This document shows positions 13,339 to 26,271 of a stretch of DNA of 64,000 nt, piece by piece (position 1 is the stretch's first letter; every line of letters begins with the position of its first letter). The notes beneath the pieces were generated by a model. The model did not search any database. It worked only from the letters and a program-made list of their open reading frames with translations, and was not told where the DNA came from. Both the position numbers and the translations under genes were made by a program. This stretch comes from Callorhinchus milii (taxonomy: Eukaryota), in contig NW_024704742.1 in assembly GCF_018977255.1 (NCBI RefSeq), positions 115,632,001 through 115,696,000 on the forward strand, written 5' to 3'.

Positions 13339-14964
13339 CCGTCATCTCTCCCCTCCCCCCCACCCCCTTAAGTGCTCTGAGATGCTACCTGGTATGGAGG
13401 GCACTATATAAGTGCACGTTGTTGTAGTTTTTCTAACTTTCAAGTTGGAAGGACTCTCAAAGCACTTCACAGAATATATTGTTGAAAGTAGTAACTGTGT
13501 ATTTTGTAGGTGGAAGCTTACAAAAGATGTATTCATGATGATACACTGGAGAATGGGCGAACCTGAATTCTCTCTCTGATCTATGAATCATTGTTACCAA
13601 ACATTTCCTCAAAAGGAAGTAGCACACAATTTAGAATATTTAAACTTATCAGCAAACTGCAGAAATTGATTTTACTTCCTTATTTGCGCCACAATGATCA
13701 AAGTGCAGTTGATTTTGTGACAGCTTTTGCACTGTGGATGATGTCAATACTATATGAGTCACAGTCTACAGTTATTCTGACAAATTCTACAGTGATTCAT
13801 CCCCACAAATTCCTTTTAAACTATCATAATTTCAGAAGGAGGGAATTGCATCCCGTCTTCAGTGATGACCTTGAGACAGTTTTTGTGAGAAATTGTCTCG
13901 AATGGAGCGAATTTTATTCTCAGTGCATTGGGTCCTTTGACTGGTATATTGTGTCTCACTGTGCCTTAAGGCATTGAAGGGATAATTTTATTTGCAGACA
14001 TAAGGAGTGGCATTGCCATGTTGATTAGCCTATTTGAGTCCAATTTCAGCTTTGTTACAGGATTTGTTAGAGTCTCCGTGGACATCAGGCAGAAAATTAT
14101 CTGGCACTTTTTTAAAAGGAAAATACTATACAAGTCATCAGAGCCTTCTGGACATTTGATTCATTAATGTCAGCTATGAATAGTTTTGTTTAAATCATTT
14201 TGTATTAACCTGTTCACTACTATTGCTCTTTATTTTATTTTGCTCCACTGTAATGATACTTCCACCTGTCCGTGATGCTTTACCAATGATAGCTTTGGAT
14301 AGTTATTACAATAGTAATGTGGCTGGAAAATTGATTCAGCATAAATTCTCTCTGTCGAATAGTTCATTTTTTNATATTATCCACAGATACAAGGTGTCTT
14401 TCCAAGGAAGGAATGGGCTTTCATGCCATTTCAGAATTTGGGTTTGCTGATTCTAACATTACTTCGAACCTTGAACCATAGAAACTAATTATAAAAATTC
14501 TTGCATTTGATAAAGTACCTTTTCAAGTTGTTGTGGCATCTCAACTGTGAAGTAATGTCTGTGTATTTGTAGGTGAAAAGGAGGCCATTTGGCTCATCAT
14601 GCTTGTGCTCAGATATTTATCTAGGATTCAGGTTTCCATTGTCAAAATTTCCATTTTAAGATTGTACAAAAGCAGGAAAAGCTCCCTCATCCAATTCACA
14701 TTATTTCTCCAGCCTATCACATCCCAAGTCCATCAACCATATCTTCTCTATCCCCCTTCATTCCATCCACCATAACATATCCAACGTCTCTCATTCTATC
14801 CACCATGCTTTCTCCATCCTATCCTATTACATCTACCATACCATGTACATTATACCCAGAAGAAGGTCTTACTGACTTGTATCATGTTTCTGATACTGTT
14901 GCTATTTTATTGCCAATTGTGCTGCCCCAGTTGGGTCTAATATATGTATTTTGGGAGGGGGAGT

Positions 14965-15155
14965 GGGGGTTGATCAGCTGGTATCTGACTCATGCAGAGA
15001 CCTGTCACCATGATTAAGAGTAATAACACCTACACATGGAAATTTGCCTGACTTGAATGCGCTCTTTCCAGAGGGTCGTACCCTGCTTATCTAACTACAA
15101 AGAGAATTAGGCGCAGGTTAGCAAGAGCGAAGACTTGGGACTCCAGAGTAGCATA
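14965..15155 (-). repeat. Unclassified ancient repeat, 3' part
   Basis: Reverse complement aligns with the 3' half of 50040-50560. Confidence 0.6.
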
Positions 15156-16209
15156 ATGTATGATAATTTCCACCCAGATTCTTTAATGAGGAAAGTCATT
15201 GCGCTAATTCACAGGAATGCTGGACTGATGCAATGTACTTTTGGAGTGGAGTTCTCATGTATTAGCATGCAGAGTGGGGATGAAGTCCACTCACATTGTT
15301 TATTAAGGAATTCAATCTGAAATAGCTCCAAGTTACAACTAATTAGCATTACAGAACATATAATGTTTTGTAATTTATAGACATTACTAGTATCCAGTTG
15401 TTACATTAATCAGATTTCTCTAAATGAAAACATGCGAAGAGTGTGGACTAAATACAGGAGCAGTTATAGCAGCAATTTATTGATGTGTTTTAAGAAAAAT
15501 ATAGCATTGGATTGGAGTGCTGTGCTGCCGCTTCACACTTATTGTTTCTTTTTGGTTGGCAGCACGACAGCTAACAGGAACTCACTGAGCAATAAGATTA
15601 GAATGTGCAGCTGATTGTGAGCATACTGAGAATGACTGTCTTTCATAATTTAGTAAAAGTCTACATTTCCCTGATTCGTTTATTTTTAATTCTAAACATT
15701 CGCCTGATCTCCTGCAGGGCTGTTTACTTCAAGGCAATCTCCTACAGCAGAGATCTGACCCACTCAAGTGCCCTTTGCTGCAGTCAGTATTTTTCTATAA
15801 TTGTGAGACAGACCACCGAATGGGAAGGGATATCAGTTTTCCCTTTTGGCAACTTGTACCATCCATAGCATTGTATCAGGATACTCCATCTGGTGGCACA
15901 GCCAAGAGTTGCTTCTTAACATAGGCCATGATCTTGAGTGACCTTGGTAATCAAACCAGCAACATGAGAGGCTGGCCTGTTACTCTGAGCTGCTCTATCC
16001 AATGTTACTTAATCCGAATCATATCAACAATGTACAAAAAGAGTTCTGACCATGATTCAATTACTAAATAACCTATTATAGGATGACCATATTTTGTAAA
16101 CCACATCCAGGGACACATATATTAAAAAAAAATCACCACAAGTGCTTTAGAAACTTGCTGGATTAATGGCTGTATTTCTCTGCTGAGTGTATCTGTTAGG
16201 AATATTATT

Positions 16210-17695
16210 AACATAAGAACATCAGAAATGCTAAACGAAAAAAGACCAAGATCCATCTAGTTCGCCTTTCACCTACCTGGCAGTCACATTGCATGTATGT
16301 CCCGAACTACCTATGTACAATATCCCATAATGTTATTTCCTAATTTGTGTTTGAAAGAATCAACGCTTCCTGCTTCAACCGTCTCACTAGGGAGCCTGTT
16401 CCACAGGTTCACTATTCGCTCACTGAAATAGCGTTTGCGTAGATTTGTTGTGAATTTCCCCCCCTTCAATCAGAGGCCGTGTCCTCTGGCTTTACTATTC
16501 TGGACAAGTTGAAACAGCCCGTCATGATCTATATTGTTTAGAATGTTAAAGACAGCATTCACGTCACCTCTCAATCTTCTCTTTTCCAGCGTGAACATGC
16601 CCAATTTACTTAGTCGCTCCTCATAGTCCAGTCCCTCCATTCACTCAATCATCTTGGTGGCCCTCCTCTGTATCTTCTTGATTTCTCCAATATTCTAATG
16701 ACCAGAACTGTACACAGTACTCTAAGTATTGTCTCACCAATAATTTATACAGTGGCAGGATTACCTCACTATTTTGGCCCACTATTGATCTTTTCAAACA
16801 TCCCAACATCTGGTTTGCTTTACTTACTGCCGCAGAGCATTGTTGGGAGAGCTTCAATTTATTGTCAATCAGGACCCCCAGGTCCTTTTCATTTTTCATA
16901 CATGTTATTTTCCTTCTGTTCAAATGATAGTCCCTTCCAGGATTTTTTGTCTCCATATGAAATACTTTACATTTCTCCAAATTGAATTTCATCTGCCACC
17001 GATCTGCCCAATTCCCAAGTATGTTCAAATCTTCCTGTAACCTATCTAGTTCAGCTTTGCAATCCACCACCTTCATTAGCTTGGTGTCATCTGCAAACTT
17101 AGCCACTGTGCTTGCAACTCCTATTTCTAGATCATTTATAAAAATATTAAACAAAAGAGTTCCCAAAACAGATCCTTGTGGAACTCCAATTGTAACATTT
17201 TCTCAGTCTGGTGATATTCCCTGTATTACCACTCTCTGGGTTCTTCCAGTCAACGAGTTGCGCATCCATTGAATGTACCTCCACTGATTCCCGCTTTCTT
17301 TACTTTCAATACCAGCCTCTCAAGAGGAACTGTATCAAAGGCCTTACAGAAATCCAGATGTAAAACATCGACAGCCTCAACCTTATCAAGCTCACTTTCA
17401 CACCATCAAAGAAAACCAGTAAATTAGATTGGCAAGACCTCCCCTTCATGAACCCATATTGGCTATCATTTATGATTTTATTTCTGTCCAAATGCTCCAT
17501 GATTTTATCCTTAATAAGAGTCTCCGTAATTTTACCCACAATGGATGTCAAGCTTACTGATCTGTAATTTCCTGGGTAACTTTTGTTACCTTTTTTAAAA
17601 ATAGGAGTAACACAAATGTTATTTTGTCCTTTGTCCAGTTTCCCCGGCATCTCTCCAGTATTCAATGATTTTTTGAAAGATTTGTGCCAGAGTTT
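16210..17695 (-). mobile_element. CR1 LINE, 5'-truncated, frameshifted ORF2 (reverse transcriptase)
   Basis: PGNYRSVSLTSIVGK, QYGFMKGRSCQSNL, LFNIFINDL, KFADDTKL, WQMKFNLEKCKV, LEYCVQFWS; CR1 terminal repeat (AACATAAGAACAT on +). Confidence 0.96.
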
Positions 17696-19032
17696 CTATT
17701 AGCAATAAAATCCTGTTATAAAAGGTCACTAATTTGAGCATTTGTCATGTAATAGATATGGTTATATCACGTTTTGCCCACAACAGTCACTACACTATAC
17801 AGTATATTCTGTGGAGCGTTTTGAGATGTCTCAACAACATAATAATGTGCTCTGAGACACCGTCCGGCGTGGAGGGCGCTATATAAATCGAAGTTGTTGT
17901 TGTTGATAAGGCGTTATATCAAATGTTATTATTATAGCTAACTGCTCTTCTTAAACCCCCAGTTTAAGACAAAGGCAGGCTATTCTGCTTAGTATATTCT
18001 ATATGACACATATGCTAGACACTGTTCAGTAAGTTTTGCCATTTTTTCCATGCACATTTTATAAATAACTAATGTAATTATAAAGCATGAATCAGATTGT
18101 AAAATTAAACCATTTTTTAAAAATTATATAAGCACTGAGATCAATTCACAATATTTGCAAATGATTTTCTGACTCTGTAAAGATAATTATTTTTTTAAAC
18201 GAATTAGAACCCAGTTTCCTTAAGTAACTTTTATGATACGCACAATAAAAGCATATCGCTCAGCCAGCTGCAGAAAGAAAGCAAACTGCTGTTAGCAGAC
18301 AATGCTCAGCTCATCTATCGGGTAAATATAATAGCAACACTACAAACAGAGCCCCTCCCTACCTCTGGCGATGGCATCTCCCAATATTAGTCGCTGTCCA
18401 CTTTGAATATAGCTGGTGACATTTTGCTCACCCACCAGAGGTATGGTATCACCATCTGACCTTTTACAATTGAGGTGTGTTCAGGAGTCAAAGCATTGAT
18501 ATTTTTTCTCCAAATTACTGTTGTTAAAATAAATGTTTCAATTTTCAGGGATTACTGAATATTCAGAAGTACTAAACTTTAACCATGAATTTGCATGATT
18601 GTCAATAGAACTGTTAATTCATCTTGCTCAATGAAATTTGGTGACCTGCAGTTTTTTTCAATGTGGCCCACATTGTTCCAGTGTGTTCGTGGGACTGATT
18701 CTAGACAATCTCTTTCATATGATTCACCTAAATGTGTAACGTTGCCATGGTGCAGTCAGCAAAGAAATACTGCAAATCCAATTGCCAGGATTACTTCAAT
18801 GATATTTCACTTGGGCATTCAGTATGCATCCTGCTAAAAAAAAGTTTCCATGACATTGTGTTTAATGTGGCAAAACCACAACACATGATTTTGTTTTGTG
18901 TCACATAGGATTGTGCAGTTACTGGAGAATCATTTGCTATGCTGGAAGTCAGAAAAAAAACAATCTTATTTCACAAAGTTATGATATTTGAGTAGTGTAG
19001 CATTATTACTGGATTGTGATCTAATTAACATT

Positions 19033-19597
19033 AATTGAGCCAGCCTTCTGTGGTGGTCTCATGGTCCAGATCATGAGCCAGGCAGGTCCGCAATGTTCCA
19101 GGGCACTTCTGCTGACAGCACAGCCGGCCTGGCTCATCAGCAAGACATGGAAGACCAGACAAGTCACTCAGAGCAGGGAGTTATCCCACTCAGCTCCTGT
19201 GAACTTTGCAAGGGAAAGGCATAACGGATAGGATAGTCCTAGCTAGGCAAGCAGTGGGAAAGCTTGCCAGACAGCAATATCAATGGCAAGCTATGCGGAT
19301 TTAGCTGGTTAGACTCCAGCTATACCCCAACGCACACTCTGGGCTCTTGAATTAGGATGCATCCCTCCAGGGAGAGATTCCATTCCAACAATCTATCTCT
19401 GGGATTTCCATGTGTGTACAACAACAACAAAATTACATTTGTATAGCACCTTTCATGTTGGGAGGACATCCCAAGGCACTGGACAGACAGAATTATGGTC
19501 TCTGTAGGTAGGATACGTGAAAATCTCAACTTGGTGTGGTTACTCTTAAGCTTGGTGATGGGTTTCCGCATGTGTCTGTCACCCGGCTGACCGAATT
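19033..19597 (+). repeat. Unclassified ancient repeat, interrupted by an L2 tail (19419-19490, minus)
   Basis: Colinear similarity to 50040-50560 on both sides of the insert. Confidence 0.7.
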
Positions 19598-20369
19598 AAA
19601 AAATATATAAGCATAAATGAACTGCTGTAAATATATGAAAGATTGCATGCTCTATTCAGCAAGATTTCACTTTCACCTGCCCTAATGTTTCCGCTGTTGC
19701 ACAGAGTGTACGTGTGACAGACGTTCTACAGTTGGACACAGACAGCTCATGTCAAGAGGAAGAACGTCAGAGAGGAGATTGCAAAGGATTACTACAGTTG
19801 CAATCTAACCTAAGGCTCCTTCCCTTTTAAAACCAATCAGATGTTCACCAAAGCATCAGAAGAAAATGCAACCCATGAGCCCATGAGTCCATCATTTCTA
19901 CATTGGCAATACCATTGTTAAGTATTGCCAATATAGAAATGAATACTGTTTGGCTTTTTTGACAAATTATTTTCATGAACATCACTAGTGACCATTGTTG
20001 ACGAGTGAGTTTAAATGAAATTAATAAACAAATGTAGATTGATTGAAAGTCAGGGCTGCAGAGTAACAATTTTCTTTCCTGCCAATTGTGCACCAAATTG
20101 TGACCAAATTTTTTTTGAAGGGATTGTTAATGTTGATGTTGATCAGCCATGTGCTCTTTGCTCACATCATCTCAGTGTGTAGCCAACATCATTTGTTGAA
20201 CAAAATAACAATTTAATTTAATTAAGTTGGTTTAGAAATTGTAATTGATTTGTTGCTGATGTACACTAATGTCTTAGTAGAGATAAAAACTACACTGATT
20301 TAGGTTTAGATACAATGATTGACTTATTTTAATTTAATTCACTGGTTTAAATGTTATGTTCTAATTTAA

Positions 20370-20563
20370 ATTCCCTTCGCCTCGCTCCCTCGCTTCCCAT
20401 TTTCAGGTCTCTGCTGAAGACCTTTCTTTTCGACCGCGCCTTTGGTCACCTTCCCCCCCTCCCCTTGGCTTGGTCCCGGGATCCGAAACTGTAAAGCGCT
20501 CTGAGATGCCGTCTGGCGTGGAGGGCGCTATATAAATCCAAGTTGTTGTTGCTGTTGTTGTTG
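20370..20563 (+). mobile_element. L2 3' end, second subfamily
   Basis: CTGAAGACCTTTCTTTTCGACCG, hairpin AGCGCTCT...AGGGCGCT, (TTG)n; related tails at 13370-13428, 17848-17905, 50810-51045. Confidence 0.8.
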
Positions 20564-21139
20564 TAAATTACAGCTGGTTCTATGTATTAAGACATAAAAC
20601 TTAATCCACGTACACTAGGCATCCCAATGAACAGACTGAAGTGTGAAGTGAAATCTGTGTATTGACTTCTATTGATCCTAAAAATGCCAGAAACAGCTTC
20701 ACTTGGACTTCTGAAGCTCAATGAACAGTAAGCTTGCTGAATGATAAATCAGTCTTACTGAATATAAATAGGAACCCTGGTGTTGTCACACTTATTCATT
20801 TGTTTTACTTATGTCATTTTCTAATCACCTGGAATAATAGTCGATGTATTAATGTCTTTATTGTATTAGGAGTAAATAGTGTGTAACAGTGGGTGCTTGT
20901 TGCTGCAGAAGATATTCTTCTATGGTTGCTCATATTGCAAATACAAATGCCAGGATTAATGGGTCAAAATGCACAGGGTCTAATACGACATACTCTCCCC
21001 AATGGGAGAGTTAAGATTACTTAAGCACATGCAATACAATACAAAATTACATTTGTATAGCGCCTTTCTTATTGGGAAGATGTCCAAGGTTATTGATATT
21101 GAAGTGTACCTTCTCATTGGGAATGGTTTTCCTGTAAAA

Positions 21140-21560
21140 TGTGGCAGCCTGGATCAGTTGGTAACATTCTCGCTACCAGAAGGTTACGGGTTCAAGCTTC
21201 ACGTCGGGACTTCAAGTCTAGGCTGACACTCCAATCCAGTGCTGGATTGAAGTGACGTGTCACTAGTGACATTGCATTGTCACTGGTGATATCTTTCAGA
21301 TGAGAAATTAAACCACTGTCTTGTCTACCTTTTCAGATGGACGTTAAAAATTTGAAAAGAGAAGGGAGTTGCTCTGGGTGTCCTGGCCAACAATCCACCA
21401 GATAAAAAAATGATCATTTGTTGCATGGCTGTTTGTGGAATATTGCTGTGTGCAATTTGGCTGCCAGGTTGTCTACAAATACACAGTCACTGCACTTTAA
21501 AGAAACACTCTGAAGCTTTATGAGACATTGTGACATGATAAGGCACTATATCAAAGATTA
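21140..21560 (+). mobile_element. Ancient full-length DeuSINE
   Basis: tRNA-like head; Deu-domain blocks GGCTGACACTCCA, CTTTCAGATGAGA..TTAAACC, TCAGATGGACGTTAAA, GGTGTCCTGGCCAA, GCTGTTTGTGG..TTGCTGTGTGCAATTTGGCTGCC; L2-like tail. Confidence 0.8.
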
Positions 21561-21719
21561 CAGGTATTATTAAAATTGTAAGTGAATTTTCAGGATTTAG
21601 AACACAGTATTTGAAAGAAGGAAAGAATATGAGAAAAATCACGAATGAGTAGTTATTCAACACCAAGTTTCAGTTTTAAAAAACTGAAGCTCTTAGGACA
21701 ATATGCAAGTTCATTGATG

Positions 21720-23685
21720 AGATGACGGGTGGGTTGGTAGGAGGTTAGGAGGTTAGGGTGGGGCAAGACCATCGAGGTCCTTTGTAGGTGAGGACCAGGA
21801 TCTTGAACTGGATCTCTGAAGGATAGGGAACCAATGGAGTCAGGTGAGAATGGGGGAGATGGGGTCACAGAGTTTGGTGTGGGAGAGAACACGGGCTGTA
21901 GAGTTCTGGATTATCTGCAGCCTGTAGAGGGAGGAGTTGGGAAGGCCGACAAGCAGGGCATTTGCATAGTCGAGCCTGGAGGTGACGAAGGCATGAATGA
22001 GTTTCAGCGGCCTGAGGGGTGAGGTAGTGGCAGAGTCGGGCGATATTACGGAGGTGAGGGAAGGCAGAGTGGGTCATGGCTTGGATGTGGGAAGAAAAGA
22101 CAGTTGAGGATCGAACAAGACACCTAGGTTCCTGACTGGCTTGGTGAGTTGAAGTGTGCGACCATGGAGTCCTGTAGCTCAGTGGTTAGAGCACTCGCTT
22201 TGCAAGCGAGAGACCTGGGTTCAATTCCAGGCAGGGCGAAACCTTGGGCAAGTTTCCTTACTCCACACGCCTAATAATAATCCCTCCCCCCCAAAAAAAA
22301 CAATAATAAATTGGTCATTTTCAATCCATGACTGTTTGTGGGACATTGCTGTGCGCAATTGGCTGCCGCGTTCGCCCACAAATATACAGTCAATTCACTT
22401 TACAGTGTGTTCTGTGAAGCGCTTTGGGACATCCTCCCAACGTGAAAAGCGCTATATCAAATGCAAGGATTATTATTATTATTATTATTATGAAGGTTGA
22501 TGCTGCCAGAGCCTGAGGTGCAGAGGTGCTGGCGCGAGCCAATCGGGAGGGCCTCAATCTAGTTCACATTCAACTGTAGGAAGTTTGCCCTCATCCATGA
22601 CTTGATGTCTGACAGGCAGTCTGTCCTGGAGTTGAGGGTGGAGGCAGAGAGATAGAGTTGGGTGTCATCCGGATACATGTGGAAGTTTACCCCATGTCTG
22701 TGGATGATGTCACCAGGGGGGAGCATGTAGATATTAAAGAGTAGAGGGCCAAGGACAGAGCCCTGAGGGTCGCCAGACGTGACAGTGCCGGGACTGGAGG
22801 AGAACCCGTTAGAAGCAAAAAAGTGGAGATGGTGAGAGAGATAGGAATCGAACCAGGCAAGGGCAGGTCCGCGAAGATTAAGTAAGGAGGAGAGGCGGTG
22901 TATGAGGATGGAGTGGTCGACAGTGTTGAAGGCGGCAGAGAGGTCGAGGAGGACAAGGAGACAGAGGGAGCCCTGATCACAGATGTTCAGAATGTCATTA
23001 GTGACTATGACCAGGGTTGTTTCCGTGCTGTGGGCAGTGCGGAAGCCGTATTGGAGGGGTTCAAAGAGGGAATGGCGAGAGAGAAAGGAGTGGAGCTGGG
23101 ACGCGGAGAGGAATGGGAGGTTAGAGATGGGGCGGTAGCTGGAGAGTAGGGTCCAGGAAAGGTTTTTTTTCAGGATGGGGGTGATGACAGCTGTTTTTAG
23201 GGGGGTTGGAACTGAACCAGTTGACAAGGAGAGCTTGATGATATCGGACAGGAGAGGGGCCAGAAGGTGGAGCTGGGAGAGGAGGAGAGAGGTGGGGATG
23301 GGATCGAGGGAGCAGGTGGTGGGTTTGAGTTTGCGAACAATCACGGAGAGAGATGAGGGAGGGATAGGGTCAAAGGAGTATGGGGGTGATGGGTGGATCA
23401 CGAGGGAGAGGTGATGTGGGGGTAGCTGTGGATGGGGTAGACGTGGCTGAACGTATCCCCTCGATTTTGCTTTCGAGGAAACCTAGCATCTCCTTGCAGT
23501 TGGAGTTTGAGGAGAGGATGGGCGAGGCATGGCAAGGTGGATGAGGAGACGGTTTGTGGTCGAAAAGAGAAGCTGGGGTTGTCCTTTACCTCCAAGATAA
23601 CGTTGGAGTAGAAGGAGGATTTGGCGGAGGCAAGAGCACAGCAGTAGATCTTGGTGTGGTGAAGCCAGATTTGCCAATCTACACA
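21720..23685 (-). mobile_element. L2 LINE ORF2 (RT) fragment, split by a SINE
   Basis: 280-aa ORF with TCSLDPIPT, YRPISNLPFLS, QYGFRTAHSTET, LLDLSAAFNTVDH, PQGSVLGPLLFNIYM, MYPDDTQLY; continues left of the SINE (HLRNIARL). Confidence 0.95.
22164..22491 (+). mobile_element. Young tRNA-Ala SINE inserted in L2
   Basis: Full-length copy; anticodon arm CTCGC-TTTGCAA-GCGAG. Confidence 0.95.
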
Positions 23686-23689
23686 CTTA

Positions 23690-26271
23690 ATATAGATGAA
23701 AATGCTTAATAGTAGCTGAAAATCAAGTCTTACACTTGTACATACATAAAATAAAGTCTATATAATTGACATTCATTAAAATTACGTTAAATAAAAAAAC
23801 TAATTGAGCAGACATTTATTCGATATTTATTAATTTATTCAAATATTGATGAGAATGTGAGAAGGTCACTCAATGGGAAGAATGAAAGCGCTAATGTGCG
23901 TTAACCAGACAATTGAAGTCAGGCATCGTCTCTGTTGTTGCAATGTGGAGTACTCAGTCATCACAGATCTATGTTTTGATTTATTGAATTTCCTCACAGA
24001 AAATGTCTCCTCACATATGTATGTTGATCCAAACAGCACAAGCATCCTCCGGGTATGAGCCTTTATTTTTGGAAAGGTATATTCATTAAGAGAGGCGTAA
24101 AAACTGGGAAGCGGCACTGATTTGAATTGCTCCACAAGCAATGGAACACATTGCAGGTCAACAAGCTTGAGTTGGAGGTCAAATGGGGCTTTGTCAACAT
24201 CAAATGAGAAAGGTGAAGAGATCAAAGACAGATCATTTTCCAATCCAATTGAAAACCTGGAATCGGTGAGAAAATTCGGCATATAAGTCAAGTAGTGGAG
24301 TCCTGTAGCGTGGAGTCCTGTAGCTCAGTGGTTAGAGCACTCGCTTTGCAAGTGAGAGACCTGAGTTCAATTCCAGGCACAGGGCGAAACCTTGGGCAAG
24401 TTTCCTTACTCCACACAGAGCCTAATAATAATCCCTCCAAAACCAAAAACAATAATAAATTGGTCATTTTCAATCTACGACTGTTTGTGGACATTGCTGT
24501 GCGCAATTGGCTGCCGCGTTCACCCACAAATATGCAGTCAATTCACTTTACAGTGTGTTCTGTGAAGCGCTTTGGGACGTCCTCCCGACGTGAAAAGCGC
24601 TATATCAAATGCAAGGATTATTATTCTTATAGTGACAAAATATACTTTTTAAGGCTTTGATCACAAACAGTAATCTGCTGCAAAGTTGTAAAGTGGGTGA
24701 ACAGCCTGTTTCCTATCTGACGTGATAAAATAAATAATTTCATCATAAATGACTTGACACTGCAATGCAAATCATGCACAAAGGCTCCCTTCAGTTGCAG
24801 TTTTGAATTCAGTTCATTCATGTGGCCCACGATATCAACGGCAAATGCGAAATCAGAGAGCCAATTTGCATCATTCAGCTGTGGGAAATCCGAATCTTTT
24901 TGTTTTATGTCCAAAAATCAATCAATCTCTGTCCTCAGTTCCCACACTCATTTCAAGACCTTTCCTAAACTAAGCCATCTTACATTTGTTTGATACAGAA
25001 CATCCGTGTGCTCGGATTCCAATTCCTCAAGCAGAGTTACAAATTGCCTGTGGTTTAATCCTCTTGCTCGAATGTAGTTGACCACTTTCATAACTGTGTC
25101 CACAACATTGCTTAGTTTTAGAACATTCTTATAGAGGACTTCTTGGTGGATAATGCAGTGTAGAAAAAACAATATTCTGTTCTGGATTTGTTTCTTTGAC
25201 GTGATCTTGAATTCTTTTGAGTAACCCAACATTTTTGCCTGTCAGATTTGGGCTTCCATCAGTGGTCACATTCACCAATTTTTTCCACTCCACTTCTAAT
25301 TTTAAGATATACTTATTTACTGCCTCCAAAAAGTCTTCTCCAGTTGTCGTATCTTTCATTGACTGCATTGATGCCAGTTCTTCTGTGATGTTTGGTGATA
25401 CCTCGAATAAAAATTATCAACTGGGCTGTGTCTTTGACATCACAACTCTCATCAAGTGCCAGTGAAAAACATGCAAAATTGTTTACTTTGTTTTGTAACT
25501 GCAGATACAGGTTCTCAGAGATATCCTCGACACATCTCACAATAGTTCGCCTTGATAAGCTAATGTTCTCAAACTGGTCTTTCTTGTCTGGGCATAAAAT
25601 AAAGGCAGAGTCAACCATACATTGCTTTATAAATTCTCCTTCAGAGAATGATTTGCTGTTCTTGGCGATTTTGTGTGCAATCATGTAACTCACTCTTGTA
25701 ATCTCATCCTGGGGGATGCAAATTATTTTGTGAAAATGCTTTGCTCTTTTTGCATTCGAACAACCATCTCATCAGCTTTCTTTTCTTTGGCGGAAACATT
25801 CTTATGTTTTGAGAGCAAGCATGTTTGCTCTCAAAATGGCGATTCAATTTGTAGTATTTGAGCACTGCCACACTTTCTTTGCAAATTAAGCACACAGCTT
25901 TTCCACCCACACTGGTAAAAAAANTATTTAGAAGTCTATTCTTTGTTGAATATTTGGCCTTCAGCGTCCACATTCCGCTTCTTTGATAAACTCATTACGA
26001 ATTGACTTCCTCTTCAGTGAAAAGTATTGCCGCAAGTGTGTTTGAAAATTTGACGATCTGTACATTTCTGACGTCAGCCTTAAGGGAGCATGCGTACAAC
26101 TAAGCAGTGTGATTGGCTGATGTTTCTGGTCTGATTCAAATGTGAAATTTGTGGGACTTTCTGGTACTGAACAAACTATAATTTTTTCTATTGCTAGACA
26201 CAATCACGGGCCAGATAGAATCATTTGGTGAGCCCGAAATAGCCCACAGGCCATATTTCTGTCCATCCCTG
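23690..26271 (-). mobile_element. Decayed autonomous-type hAT DNA transposon (GTF2IRD2/EPM2AIP1/SPIN-like transposase)
   Basis: Frameshifted ORFs: CLICKESV...RHFESKH (BED-type Zn finger), [53 protein letters not shown]. 5' terminus CAGGGATGGAC at 26271 flanked by ATCTAAAC (hAT-like target). The other TIR was not found. Confidence 0.93.
24295..24626 (+). mobile_element. Young tRNA-Ala SINE inserted in the hAT transposase
   Basis: Full copy with a duplicated first 15 bp (GTGGAGTCCTGTAGC x2). Confidence 0.95.

Noticed and set aside
19693..19830. Plus-strand 41-codon open segment after an acceptor-like site
   Set aside because: No partner exons or known motif.
22164..22240. tRNA-Ala(TGC) gene
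   Set aside because: Cloverleaf-like, but the T-arm and acceptor are imperfect and it is always attached to the SINE body and tail; it is a SINE head.
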